Of a stretch of DNA of 64,000 nt, positions 1-12,452 are shown piece by piece. Under the pieces are notes generated by a model. It ran no database searches. It saw nothing but the letters and a program-made list of their open reading frames with translations, and had not been told where the DNA came from. Positions within the stretch are counted from its first letter, which is position 1, and every line of letters begins with the position of its first letter. The position numbers were made by a program, and so were the translations under genes. The stretch is from contig CM059432.1 of the NCBI GenBank assembly GCA_030390025.1, forward strand, positions 126,296,001 to 126,360,000. The letters are read 5' to 3'. The DNA comes from Squalus acanthias. Lineage: Eukaryota.

Positions 1-38
1 CTATGCAACCTGTCCTCATAATTTAACCCCTTTAGCTC
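1..38 (-). mobile_element. CR1 LINE fragment (host of the nested insertion; continues at 3131)
   Basis: Reverse complement matches the CR1 copies at about 17388-17425 and 59430-59465 (agctaaagggttaaattatgaggacaggttgcatag). Confidence 0.8.
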
Positions 39-3000
39 TTTAAACTAAAATGGCAGGGGGTTGGGAACCTGAGCAGGGAGACAGAGGAAAGGGAAGCAAT
101 GATAGAAGCAAAAGACAGGAAGGAGAAAAGCAAAAGTGGCAGTCAGAGAAATCAAGGGTGTAAATCAAACATGGCCACAGTAAATAATAATTCTAAAAGG
201 TCTAAGAGTGTTTAAAAAACAAGCCTGAAGGCTTTGTGTCTTAATGCGAGGAGCATTCGTAATAAGGTAAATGAATTAGCTGCGCAAATAGATGTAAACA
301 GATATGATATAATTGGGATTACGGAGACATGGCTCCAGGGTGTCTAAGACTGGGAATTCCACATCCAGGGGTATTCAATATTAAGGAAAGATAGGCAAAA
401 AGGAAAAGGAGGTGGGGTAGCATTGCTGGTTAAAGAGGAGATTAACATAATAGTAAGGAAGGATATTAGCTCTGATGATGTGGAATCTGTATGGGTAGAG
501 CTGAGAAATACCATGGGGCAGAAAACGTTAGTGGGAGTTGTATACAGACCCCCAAACAGTAATGCTCAGGTTGGGGATGGCATTAAACGGGAAATTAGAG
601 ACGCGTGCAATAAGGGCACAGCAGTTATCATGGGTGACTTTAATCTACATATAGATTGGGCTAACCAAATTAGTAACAATACTGTGGAGGAGGAATTCCT
701 AGAGTGTATATGGGATGGTTTCCTGGACCAATATGGCGAGGGACCAACTAGAGATCAGGCCATCTTAGACTGGGTATTATGTAATGAGAAAGGATTAATT
801 AGCAATCTTGTTGTGCGAGGCCCCTTGGGGAGGAGCGATCATAATATGATAGAATTCTTCATTAAGATGGAGAGTGAAGTAGTTGACTCAGAGACTAGGG
901 TCCTGAATTTAAATAAAGGAAACTACAATGGTATGAGGCGCGAGTTGGCTAGGATGGATTGGGGAACGTTACTTAAAGAGTTGACGGTGGATAGGCAATG
1001 GCAAACATTTAAAGATCACATGGATGAACTACAGAATTTGTTCATCCCTGTTTGGCATAAAAATAAAACAAAAAAGGTGACTCAACCGTGGCTAACAAGG
1101 GAAATTAGGGATAGCATAAGATCCAAGGAGAGGACATATAAATTGGCCAGAAAAAGCAGCAAACCTGAGGATTGGGTACAGTTTAGGATTCAGCAAAGGA
1201 GGACAAAGGGATTAATTAAGAGGGGGAAAATTGAGTATGAGAGTAAGCTTTCAGGGAACATAAAAACTGACTGTAAAAGCTTCTATAGATATGTGAAGAG
1301 AAAAAGATTGGTGAAGTCAAGCGTAGGTCCCTTGCAGTCAGAATCAGGGGAATTTATAATGGGGAACAAAGAAATGGCTGACCAATTAAATACATACTTT
1401 GGTTCTGTCTTCACAAAGGAGGACACAAATAACCTTCCAGAGATGTCGGGGAACATAGGATCTAATGAGAGGGAGGGAACTGAATGAAATCAGTATTTGT
1501 AGGGAAATGGTGTTAGGGAAATTGACGGGATTGAAGGCCGATAAATCCCTAAGACCTGATAATCTACATCCTAGGATACTTAAGGAAGTGGCCCTAGAAA
1601 TAGTAGATGCATTGCTGGTCATCTTCCAAAATTCTATAGACTCTGGAACAGTTCCCATGGATTGGAGGGTAGCTAATGTTACCCCACTATTTAAAAAAGG
1701 TGGGAGAGAGAAAACGGGGAATTATAGACCGGTAAGCTTGACATCGGTAGTGGGGAAAATGCTAGAGTCCATTATAAAAGATGTAATAGCAGAGCACTTG
1801 GAAAACAGTGGCAGGATCGGACAAAGTCAACATGGATTTAGAAAAGGTAAATCGTGCTTGACTAATCTACTGGAATTTTTTGCAGATGTAACTGGTAGAA
1901 TAGATAAGGGAGAACCAGTGGATGTGGTGTATTTGGAGTTTCAGAAGGCTTTCGATAAGGTCCCGCATAAGAGATTAGCGTGCAAAGTTAAAGCACATGG
2001 GATTGGGGGTAAGGTACTGACTTGGATAGAGAACTGGTTGGCAGACAGGAAGCAAAGAGTTGGAATAAACGGGTCTTTTCCGAGTGGCAGGCAGTGACTA
2101 GTGGAGTACCGCAGGGATCGGTGCTAGGACCCCAGTTATTCACAATATATATTAATGATCTAGACGAGGGAACTAGATGTAATATCTCCAAGTTTGCAGA
2201 CGACACAAAGCTGGGTGGGCGTGTGTGCTGTGAGGAGGATGAAAAGAAACTCCAGTATGATTTGGACAGGTTGGGTGATTATACTACATCTGCCATGCAT
2301 CTGCCCAATGTGGATAAATGCAAGGTTATCCACTTTGGTGGCAAAAACAGGAAGACAGATTATTATCTGAACGGCAATAGATTGGGAAAAGGGGAAGTGC
2401 AACGAGACCTGGGTGTCCTTGTGCACCAGTCGTTGAAGGTAAGCATGCAGGTGCAGCAGGCGGTTAAGAAGGCAAATGGTATGTTGGCCTTCATAGCGAG
2501 AGGATTCGAGTACAGGAGCAAAGATGTCTTGTTGCAGTTGTACAGGGCCTTGGTGAGACCACACCTTGAGTATTGTGTGCAGTTTTGGTCACCTTATCGG
2601 AGGAAGGATGTTCTTGCCATGGAGGGAGTGCAGCGAAGATTCACCAGACTAATACATGGGATGGCAGGAATGACGTATAAAGAGAGATTGGGTCGATTGG
2701 GCTTATATTCGCTAGAGTTTAGAAGAATGAGAGGGGATCTCATTGAAACGTATAAAATTCTAACAGGACTAGACAGACTAGATGCAGGAAGGCTATTCCC
2801 GATGGCGGGGGAGTCCAGAACCAGGGGTCACAGTCTAAGGATAAGGGGTAAGCCATTTAGGACTGAGATGAGGAGGAATTTCTTCACCCAGAGAGTGATG
2901 AACCTGTGGAATTCTCTACCACAGAAGGCAGTTGAGGCCAATTCATTAAATATATTCAAGAAGGAGTTAGATATATTTCTTAAGGCTAAAGGGGTCAAGG

Positions 3001-3130
3001 GATATGGGGAGAAAGCAGGAACAGGGTACTGAATTTGGATGATCAGCCATGATCTCATTAAATGGCGGAACAGGCTCGAGGGGCCGAATGGCCTACTCCT
3101 GCTCCTATCTTCTATGTTTCTATGTTTCTT
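39..3130 (+). mobile_element. CR1 LINE, near-complete ORF2 (APE endonuclease + RT), disrupted
   Basis: Endonuclease motifs (LNARSI, GITETW, VYRPP, MGDFN, SDHN) and RT motifs (NYRPVSLTS, QHGF, FQKAFD, GVPQGSVLGP, FADD). Stop near 346 and frameshifts near 1480 and 2080. CR1-type 3' end gggccgaatggcctactcct with a (tctatgtt)n tail at about 3111-3130. Confidence 0.93.
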
Positions 3131-4400
3131 TCTGGTGAATCTGCGCTGCACCCCCTCCAAGGCCAATATATCCTTCCTGAGGTGCCCAGAACTGAAGGCA
3201 GTACTCCAGATGCGGTCTAACCAGAGCTTTATACAACTGTCGCATAACTTCTACCCCTTTGTATTCCAGCCCCCTTGAGATAAAGGCTAACATTCCATTA
3301 GCCTTTTCAATTATTTTTTGTACCTGTCCACTAGCTTTTAGTGATTTCTGTACTCAGACCCCCAAATCTCTCTGCTCCGCCACAGTTCCTTGTTTCTCAC
3401 CCTTTCGAGAATACTCTGATCAATCTTTCTTAGGTCCAAAGTGGATGACCTCACACTTTGCCACATTGAACTCCATCTGCCACAGTTTTACCCACTCACT
3501 TAGTCTATCAATGTCCCTTTGCAACTTTCTGCTCCCATCCATACTATTTACTGTGCCACCTAACTTGGTGTCATCAGCAAACTTGGATATGAGGCTCTCT
3601 ATTCCTTCATCTAAGTCATTGATAAATATAGTGAAAAGCTAAGGACCCAGTACAGATCCCTGGGGGATACCACTAGTCACATCCTGCCAATTGCAGTACA
3701 TACCCATTATCCCTTCTCTCTCTCCTACCTCCTAATCAATTCCCTACCCATGTCAATAGGTTGCCTCCAATTCCATGCGCTCTCATTTTTGTTAACAGTC
3801 TCTTATGTGGAACATTATCGAATGCCTTCTAGACGTCTGTATAAATAACATCCATAGACACTCCCTTCTCTACCACGTTGGTTACCTCCTCAAATAATTC
3901 AGCTAGGTTTGTTAGACATGACGTACCCGTTACAAATCCATGCTGGCTCTCTCTGATCAGTTCATATTTGTCCAAGTGCTCAGTCACTCTGTCCTAATAA
4001 CAGATTCTAGTAACTTCCCCATAACAGACGTTAGACTAATAGGCCTATAATATTATTTTTACTTATACTGAACCTAGTTAGTTCCTCCCCTTGATTTATT
4101 AGTTTACCTTGTATCACTGGTACATTCTCCTCCTCTACTGTGAAGACCGATACAAAGTATGTATTTAGTAAGTCTGCCATTTCCTATTTTTCAATTACAA
4201 TATCACCTGCGTCTGTCTTTAAGTGGCCCACATTACTCTAGTCACCCTCTTTTTCTTAATATACTTGTAAAAACCTTTAGCGTTGTCCTTGATATCCTTC
4301 ACAAGTTTTTTCTCGTATTCCCTTTTTGCAGCTCCTACTACTTTCTTTATATCCTTTTGCTGTTCTTTATAGCTCTCAGTTCGTGGGAACTCTGCTGTTT
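3131..4400 (-). mobile_element. CR1 LINE fragment (RT region, internally deleted)
   Basis: Antisense RT sequence (aagtttgctgatgacacc, gggatctgtactggg). Same family as the copies at 14548-17840 and 52390-53240; internal deletion near 4050. Confidence 0.85.
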
Positions 4401-4496
4401 TTTGCACTTATGGCTGAATCTAGAATAAATCAGGTGCCATTCAGTATCGAGTGAGGTGCTGGCTCCTAATTCCTTTGAGTGAATTATCGAGCCTGG

Positions 4497-7400
4497 TATG
4501 TTCCTGAGGCATTGGGACTGGTTCTGCGGGAGGTGGGACCTGTACAAGCCGGATGGGGTTGTGCCTCAACAGGGCTGGAACCAATCTTCTCGCAGGGGGG
4601 TTTGCTAGTGTTATTGGGGAGGTTTTAAACTAGATTGGCAGGGGGATGGGAACCTGAGCATAGATTCAGAAAGGAGAGAAGCAAAGCTGGAAATGGAAGG
4701 CAGAATATTTAGTAAGTGAGTTTGGAAGGCAGAGGAAATGAAGGCTAGAAAATAGACAACAAAGGGGATTGACAGTGCTTAATGGTATACACTTCGATGC
4801 AAGGAGTTTAGTGAATAAAGCAGATGAGCTGAGGGCACAGGTAGACACGTGGAAGTATGATATTATAGCTATTACTGAAACATGGCTGAAACAAGGGCAG
4901 AAATGGCAGCTCAATCTTCCTGGTTACAGGGTTTTCAGATGAAATAGAGGAGGATAAAAAAGGAGGGGGGTGGTCACAATGTTGGTTAAAGAAACAATTA
5001 CAGCTGTGAGGAGGAATGATATGTTAGAAGGATCATCAAATGAGGCCTTGTGGGTTGGAACTGAAGAACAAAAAAGGGACAATCACACTGCTGGGAGTGT
5101 ACTATAGACCCCCAAATAGTCAGAGGGAGATAGAAGAACAAATATGTAGGCAAATTTCTGAGAAGTGCAAAAACAATAGGGCAGTAATAGTAGGGGATTT
5201 CAAGTACCCTAATATTAACTGGGATAGAATCAGTGTAAAAGGTATAGAGGGTGCAGAATTCTTAAAATGCATTCAGGAGAAGTTTTTTAGCCAGTATGTA
5301 GCAAGCCCAACAAGAGAGGGGTGGTTCTGGACTTGGTTTTAGGGAATGAAGCTGGGCAGGTGGAAGGGGTATAAGTGAGAGAACATTTTCGTGGTAGTGT
5401 TCATAATTCAGTTAGATTTAGCGTAGTTATGGAAAAGGACAAAGATAGATCAGGAGTAAAAGTTCTCAATTGGGGAAAGGCCAATTTTACTAAGCTGAGA
5501 TGTGATTTAGCAAAAGTAGACTAGAAACAGCCACTTGAAGGTAAATCAGTGTCAGAGCAGTGGGAGGCATTCAAGGAGGAGATAGTGAGGGCTCAGAGCA
5601 AATATGTTCCCACAAGGAAAAAGGGTGGGACTCCCAAAACTCGAGCCCCCTGGTGTCAAGTGTTATACAGGGTGGGATAAGGCAAAAAAGGGAAGCTTAT
5701 GCCAGATACCAAGAGCTCAATACTGCAGAAAGCCTAGAGTTTAGAAAGTACAGGGGTGAAATTAAAAAGGAAATTAGGAAAGCAAAGAGAGGGCATGAAA
5801 AAAATATTGGCAAGTAAAATCAAGGAAAACCCAAAGATGTGTTATAAATGCATAAAGAGCAAGAGGATAACTAAAGAAAGAGTAGGGCCTATTAGAGACT
5901 AAAAAGGTAACCTGTGTGTTGTGGCGGAAGGCGTGGGTATGGTTCTTAATGAATACTCTGCATCTGTCTTTACAAGAGGGATGATGCAGACATTGTAGTT
6001 AAGGAGGAGTGTGAAATATTAGAGGAGATAAACATAGTGAGAGAGAAAGTATTGAGGGGTTTAGCATCTTTGAAAATAGATAAATCGCCAGGCCCGGATG
6101 AAATGTATCCCAGGCTGTTAAGAGAAGCAAGGGAGGAAATAGCGGAGGCTCTGACCATCATTTTCCAATCCTCTCTGGTTACAGGTGTGGTGCCGGAGAA
6201 CTGCCAACATTGTACCGTTGTTTAAAAAGGGAGCAAGGGATAGACCGAGTAATTACAGGCCAGTCAGCCCAACCTCGGTGGTGGCAAATTATTGGAAAAA
6301 ATTCTGAGGGACAGTATAATTTATCATTTAGAAAGGCACGGATTCATCAAGGACAGTCATGGATTTGTTAAGGGAAGGTCGTGTCTGACTAACTTGAACT
6401 GAATTTTTTGAGGAGGTAACAAGGAGGGTCGATGAGGGTAGCAGGTTTGATGTAGTCTACATAGATTTTAGCAAGGCTTTTGACAAGCTCCCACATGGCA
6501 GACTGGTCAGAAAAGTAAAAGTTCATAGGATCCAAGGGAAAGTGGCAAGTTGGATCCAAAATTGGCTCAGTGGCAGGAAGCAAAGGGTAATGGTTGAGGG
6601 GTGTTTTTGTGACTGGAAGGTGGTTTCCAGTGAGGTTCCACAGGGCTCAGTACTAGGTCCCTTGCTTTTTGTGCTATGTAGCAAAGATTTCGACTTCAAT
6701 GTAGGGGGCATGATTAAGAAGTTTGCAGATGATACAAAAATCGGCTGTGTGGTTGATAGCGAGGAAGAAAGCTGATGACTGCAGGAAGATATCAATGGAC
6801 TGGTCAGGTGGGCAGAAAAGTGGCTGATGGAATTCAATCCGGAGAAGTGTGAGGTAATGAATTTGGGGAGGGCTAACAAGACAAGGGAATACACAATAAA
6901 TGGTAGGATACTGAGAAGTGTAGAACAGAGGAGTGCATGTCCACAGGTCCCTGAAGTTAGCAGGGCAGGTAGATAAGGTGGTTAAGAAGGCATACAGGAT
7001 ACTTTCCTTTATTAGCCGAGGTATAGAATATAAAAGCAGGGAGGTTATGCTTGAACTGTACAAAACACTAGTTAGGCCACAGCTAGAGTACTGTGCAGTT
7101 CTGGTCACCACACTACAGGAAAAATGTGATTTCACTAGAGAGGGTACCAGAGGAGATTTACGAGGATATTGTCAGGACTAGAGAATTTTAGCTATGAGGA
7201 AAGATTGAATATGCTGGGGTTGTTTTCTTTGGAACAGAGGAGGCTAAGGGGAGACTTAATTGAGGTGTATAAAATTATGAGGAGCCTAGCTAAAGAGGAA
7301 GGACCTATTTCCCTTAGCAGAGCGGTCAATAACCAGGGAAATAGATTTAAAGTAACTGGTAGAAGGATTAGAGGGGAGTTGAGGAGAATTTTTTTCACCC

Positions 7401-7630
7401 AGAGGATTGTGGGGGTGTGAAACTCACTGCCTGAAAGGGTGGTAGAGGCAGAAAGCCTCATCGCATTTAAAAAGTACTTGGATATGCACTAGAAGTGCCG
7501 TAACCTACAGGGCTACGGACCAAGAGCTGGAAAGTGGGATTAGGTTGGATAGCTCTTTTTCGGCCGGCACAGACACGATGGGCCGAATGGTCTCCTTCTG
7601 TGCTGTAAGTGTCTATGAGTCTATGATTCC
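4497..7630 (+). mobile_element. CR1 LINE: 3' end of ORF1 (esterase-like) plus degraded ORF2
   Basis: 4500-4633 reads roughly FLRHWDWFCGRWDLYKPDG..LNRAGTNLLA...LN*, resembling the CR1 ORF1 esterase C-terminus. EN fragments (YYRPPNS, VGDF) and RT fragments (VPQGSVLGP, FADD) follow. Tail gtctatgagtctatgattc. Confidence 0.9.
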
Positions 7631-9949
7631 GTACCTGGAACCATCACCTTGTACTTCCTTTATCCACACTACTCAGTTCAACACAGAATCACGCCAAGTG
7701 CCACAAATTTTTTTCCCCCAACATTTTAATCAAATGGAACATTTTTTCTTCTTTTACAAATGCTTCTTTTTGTAAAGAGGATCTCTGTTTTCAACACATT
7801 TGACAACATCAAAAATAGAAAGTTTAACTGCAAAATACACAAAAAAGACATATTTAATTAAAAGTAAGCATTTTTTTTAAAAATCATTAATCACAGCTTA
7901 AAACATACTCAGCCCCATGAAGTATTAAAGCGTACTTGTACCCATCTGCTAAACATGGTGCAGTTAGTATCACATGAGCTTTGTAGCTGCTCTCCTTACA
8001 ACATCCACAAGGTAACAATCAGAATAATGTGGTATAAGCATGCTACATACATACTATGGCAATGCACCATGTACCAATGTATGGGAAATCATATGTGCTT
8101 GTTTGTACAAGTAAAAAATAAACACAGAAAGGGAAGCATCAAATTATTACAAAAACATGCTAATCGTAGCAAAATAATCTTTTTGTCTTGTAAAGCTAAA
8201 CTATGGATATCTCCAATTTTGCAGTACACATTTCTCCTAAAACCTGAATTAACTGTCTGCACACAACAAAGGGCTGAATGTATGCCCTACGACAGGAGTC
8301 AGTCAGTGTGAACTGCACACAGTGCATTCCTCCCTACAGATGCATGTTCATAATGCTGCTGAAATAGTTAGCATCAGATAGCCTCTGTACATAGTGTACA
8401 TTTTATTAATATTAAACTGAAAATAATTTCAGCTCCTGTGAGGTACTGTACAAGAATGCATTGAACAATCAATGTGTAGTTCCAATTGAAAGCTAATAAA
8501 TCAGCCCAGTTTATTTTGGCCAGCACAGAAACCAGATTTTATAGCAAGACAAGGTTTCCACTGGGATATTTCATTTGTTTCTTCTCAAATGTGTATGTGA
8601 CTGACCATTAGGAATTTTTCTAGTTCAGTTGCCACAAATCTATTTTTCAAAGGGAAGGGCAGTTATTAGTACTGTCATTAAGTTTGATTACTCCTCATTC
8701 CATATTCACTTCTCTTAATACAGCCGGAAGTATACTGTATAGTTTTGGAATCTTTATAAACAACAATGACTTACTTTGCTATACCAACCGAAGAGCAGTG
8801 GTTAAGAGTGGAATTTGTACTCAACTGCCCCCCTTCATAACCTTTGACCCTGTCCGTTAGCTTTCGCATCACCACCTTGGGTGCTTTTGGCCTTAGTGTC
8901 TGTTCAGTAAAATTTATCATGGTGGGATTTCCTTAAAGGTAGTATTCGGTAAAGTTCATTATTGTAAGATGTTTAAAAAAAAATCAGAATTGTTTCAGTA
9001 GGGAAGGGCATTAAGTAAACCTACACAGTGTTTTAAGCTAACAGAAAAAAAAGGTACTTCATTAAATTTTGTGCAAAAGGTTAATGTTCAATAAAGTAAA
9101 TCAAAAATAAAGCCGCTAGTTGCAACCTTTCTTCTCAGGTAATATTGCAATTGGCATGGCTGTAACTCACTAGGTGATAAGTTCCCAGTCACAACTATTC
9201 TACTATGAGAAGTAACAATGGGGAGAAAGACAGTATCACAGTGGGCACCCTTGGCCACTCTCAACTCCTACTGAGCTCGGCTCCAGCCAGCACTCTCAGC
9301 GGGGAACAATATGCGGTAAGAAGAAACTATGGGGAGGGAAATAAAAAGACTAGTTATAAAGGAAAAATACTGTAGGAACTGAAACACCTTGACAGACAGA
9401 CACATATGAATGCAGTAAGAGTTATAACTGGGGAATAAAAATAGATGAAAGTCACTAGGCAACTGAGCAAGAGTTGCATCTTATATTAGCTACTAACACC
9501 ATCCATACTGTAAATGTACTGAAAAAAAGTTTTCAAACTACTGTATCCCATTTGTTGGTCTAGATTCCTGGAACCCCCACCACACACATACCAGTTTGGA
9601 ATCACTTCTGGTTCAGCTAATTAAGTAGGCAAGTGTTAGAGGGATTCCGTTAAACCATCGTTAAGTTCGTCACCAATGTCTGGCAATATAGAAAGAGGTA
9701 CTTTACTCTGTCGTGGATGAGCTAAAATATATCAAAAGGATCAGGTTCTCCCAGTCTGAGAGATTTCTAGGTAAGTTTTAACTTGCTAAAAACTGAATTT
9801 GGCACCTTAATTGGAAATGTTGCCAAAAAGGCTGAAAGTATGAATCTGGCTTAAAAAAGTGAACTTGAGCACCATTTAGCTGCAGTGGAAAAAAGGTCAA
9901 AAATTCAGTAATTAGATGATGCCGAGAAGAGGTAGATTAAATGACACTA

Positions 9950-11775
9950 AAATAAAAGAAAAATACTGCAGATGCTGGAAATCGGAAATAAAAACTGAAA
10001 ATGTTGGGATCACATTTCGACCTGAAACATTGGCCGGAATTTTCCGGGGTGGTAGCGGGCGCGATGGGCGGCGGGTCGGCTGGGAAAGTTGTTATTTCTG
10101 ACCGGGTCAGGAACCTTTCCCCCAGGCGCGTCTGTCATCACTGAGCCGACCCAACCGGCAGCGGCGGGTGACCTAATTGAAATCATTATCAGGTAGTTTA
10201 CAGGCACTTAAGAGCCTTTCCCCCACATTTTAAATTTCCCTGCATGGCCACGGGATTCACGCAGCTCGGGAACCACGTCTGTCAACCTGAGGCGGGAGTT
10301 CCGTGGCCATTGCTCCAGCTGATTACTTGACAGCATCAAATGTACAGTAAAAGCTCCCCCACCTGACAGATGATCACTTTCATCAGTTGCTCAGTCCATT
10401 TCCAGCACAGCTTCTGCAGGCTGCACGTCTTTCCAGCAAAGTCTTCATCCAATCTCACCATTGACAGAATGCTTCTGTCATCTGTACTTCACCTGCCCTC
10501 TATTCCATCAACATGGATGTCATTTATACTCTCTCACCTTGGTCCTCAGAATCGGACCAGGCTGCGTCCCAACACCAGCATCACTAGGCACACCAGCAGC
10601 ACCAACAACTCCAACCTTCTCCGCAATCACCTGATGCTGTACAGGACATCAGCACCCGACCACATTGCTGCCCAGGAGGCATGGGATGGCACCATCATGG
10701 CCAGATTTACTTAGCTTTACACTGTACACCCATATGGCTGCCACATGATGCACCAGGTTGGCACCACGCCACACCTACACCATAAAGCATCCCTACAATG
10801 ACCAAGCCATTCCCTTCACACTCATCACCATTGCAGGGGGGTACCGTTATGTCTCACCATTCACTGCAACTCACTAAGCCACTTCCAAAGGTGCACACAA
10901 ATCTGTCCAAGAACGCAAGAGTTGAAAATAAAGATTTTTAAGTTTGACTGCACATTAACAGAAACTTTACATAAACATTGGATAAAACACCCAAGTGGCT
11001 ACCCTTGTGTGTCGTTAGTTGGTATGATGGCACTAGGATAAGGGTGAGTGTGAGGGGTGGTTAGTGAGATGGGGATGTGATAATGTAGATAAGAGAGGGA
11101 TGGATGGGTGGACGTGCAAGGTATGTTGGTGTAAGGATGTGCAGGAGTAGGGTAGGGAAGGTAGAGTGATGGGGATGTGATGAGAGGCACAGCAGGATGA
11201 AGTTGAGTGTGGCTTTGTACTAACGTTTCCTGATCTAAAGAGATCATTGAAACGTTTGCGGCACTGCACCCAGGTCCTCCTGAACACATCCCTGCTTGTG
11301 ACCTCCTCTGCAATCTGCAACCAGACTGTTTTGGTGTCCTGGGGAGGTCTCTTCTGCCCATCAGAAGGGAAGAGGACCTCCCAGGAGAACCTGGGTGCAG
11401 CCCTCTGCCTCTGTGCAGTCATTGTCAGTGTTTGCAGCACTTCAATGCTGTAGTGCACCGACAGCACTATGTTAGATTAAACGTCAAATGTAATGTGGCC
11501 ATGGTCCCTTTAAAGATCCCGGCTGAAAACACGTCACATATGGCATCACCAGACCCGCTCCATTTAATTGGGCCGGGTATCGCGCTGGGTGGGCTTAATA
11601 GGCCCTATTAGGGGAAAGTCTTTTTCAGCAGCGGGATGGAGCCAGCAATGGGGTCGCGCCCTGCCACGCCGACCGCCCGCACTGGACCCGCCGAGGTAGG
11701 CAAAATTCTGGCCATTAACTCTGATTCACTCTCCACAGATGCTGCCTGACCTGCTGAGTGTTTCCAGCTATTTTA
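9950..11775. mobile_element. Short Penelope-like/hammerhead-family element (inverted arrangement) split by a Harbinger insertion; own sequence is 9950-10031 and 11714-11775
   Basis: aaatactgcagatgctggaaat... and tcgacctgaaacatt|aactctgattcactctccacagatgctgcc match the 37164-37299 element in opposite orientations. Confidence 0.7.
10032..11713 (-). mobile_element. Non-autonomous PIF/Harbinger DNA transposon carrying a Myb/SANT-like ORF remnant
   Basis: TIRs GGCCGGAATTTT / AAAATTCTGGCC and a 3-bp TSD ATT (10029-10031, 11714-11716). Minus ORF ...RAAPRFS..VLFP...RPP...W.QIAEEV...RTWVQCRKRFNDL resembles the Harbinger Myb/trihelix protein. Homologous to 62173-63926. Confidence 0.88.
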
Positions 11776-12144
11776 AATGATACTAACATTGTGATACCAG
11801 TTGGGGAGGAAAGGCACAGTGGCTCCTGTTCCGATAAAAGCTTATCCAACACATCCTTAATCTCTCCTTCAAACTCCACACACTTAAAAGGGCTGATTGT
11901 ACCATGTGACAAGAGTTTAAAGCAGGGATAGACCCCTCACATAATAGTGGGGAATATTCTTAAGATTTCTGCAGAGGATGGTAGTTCCCACTGCTCCATG
12001 GAGATGAGAGAGTGGAAGAGGACCAAGTACAAGCCATGGCCTGGTCCCATACTGGAGACAGGGCAGGCTCACAGGTGGACAATTGGTGCAGGAATTAGTC
12101 ACCAATCTCAGAAATGACAGGGTTGTACAGTTCATCAGTCCACA

Positions 12145-12452
12145 TGTGGGGAGATCAAAACTAGGGACCATAAATATAAGATAGTCACTACTAAACGGCA
12201 TAGGGAATTCAGGAGAAACTTCTTTACCCAAAGAGTGGTAAAAATGTGGAGCTCGCTACCACAAGGAGTAGTTGAGGCGAATAGCAGAGATACATTTAAG
12301 GGGAAGCTAGATTAGCACATGAGGGAGAAAGGAATAGAAGGATATGTTGAAAGGGTTAGATGTAGTAGGCTCGTGTAGACCATAAACACTGGCATGGACC
12401 AGTTGGGCCAAATGGCCTGTTTGTATGGTGTAAGTTCTATATAATTCTATGT
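12145..12452 (+). mobile_element. CR1 3' fragment
   Basis: aggagaaacttctttacccaaagagtggt...gggccaaatggcctgtt...tctatataattctatg tail. Confidence 0.75.

Noticed and set aside
423..3032. Long ORFs as an active retrotransposon or host gene
   Set aside because: An in-frame stop near 346, two frameshifts, a micro-inversion and a missing ORF1 make this a dead CR1 copy.
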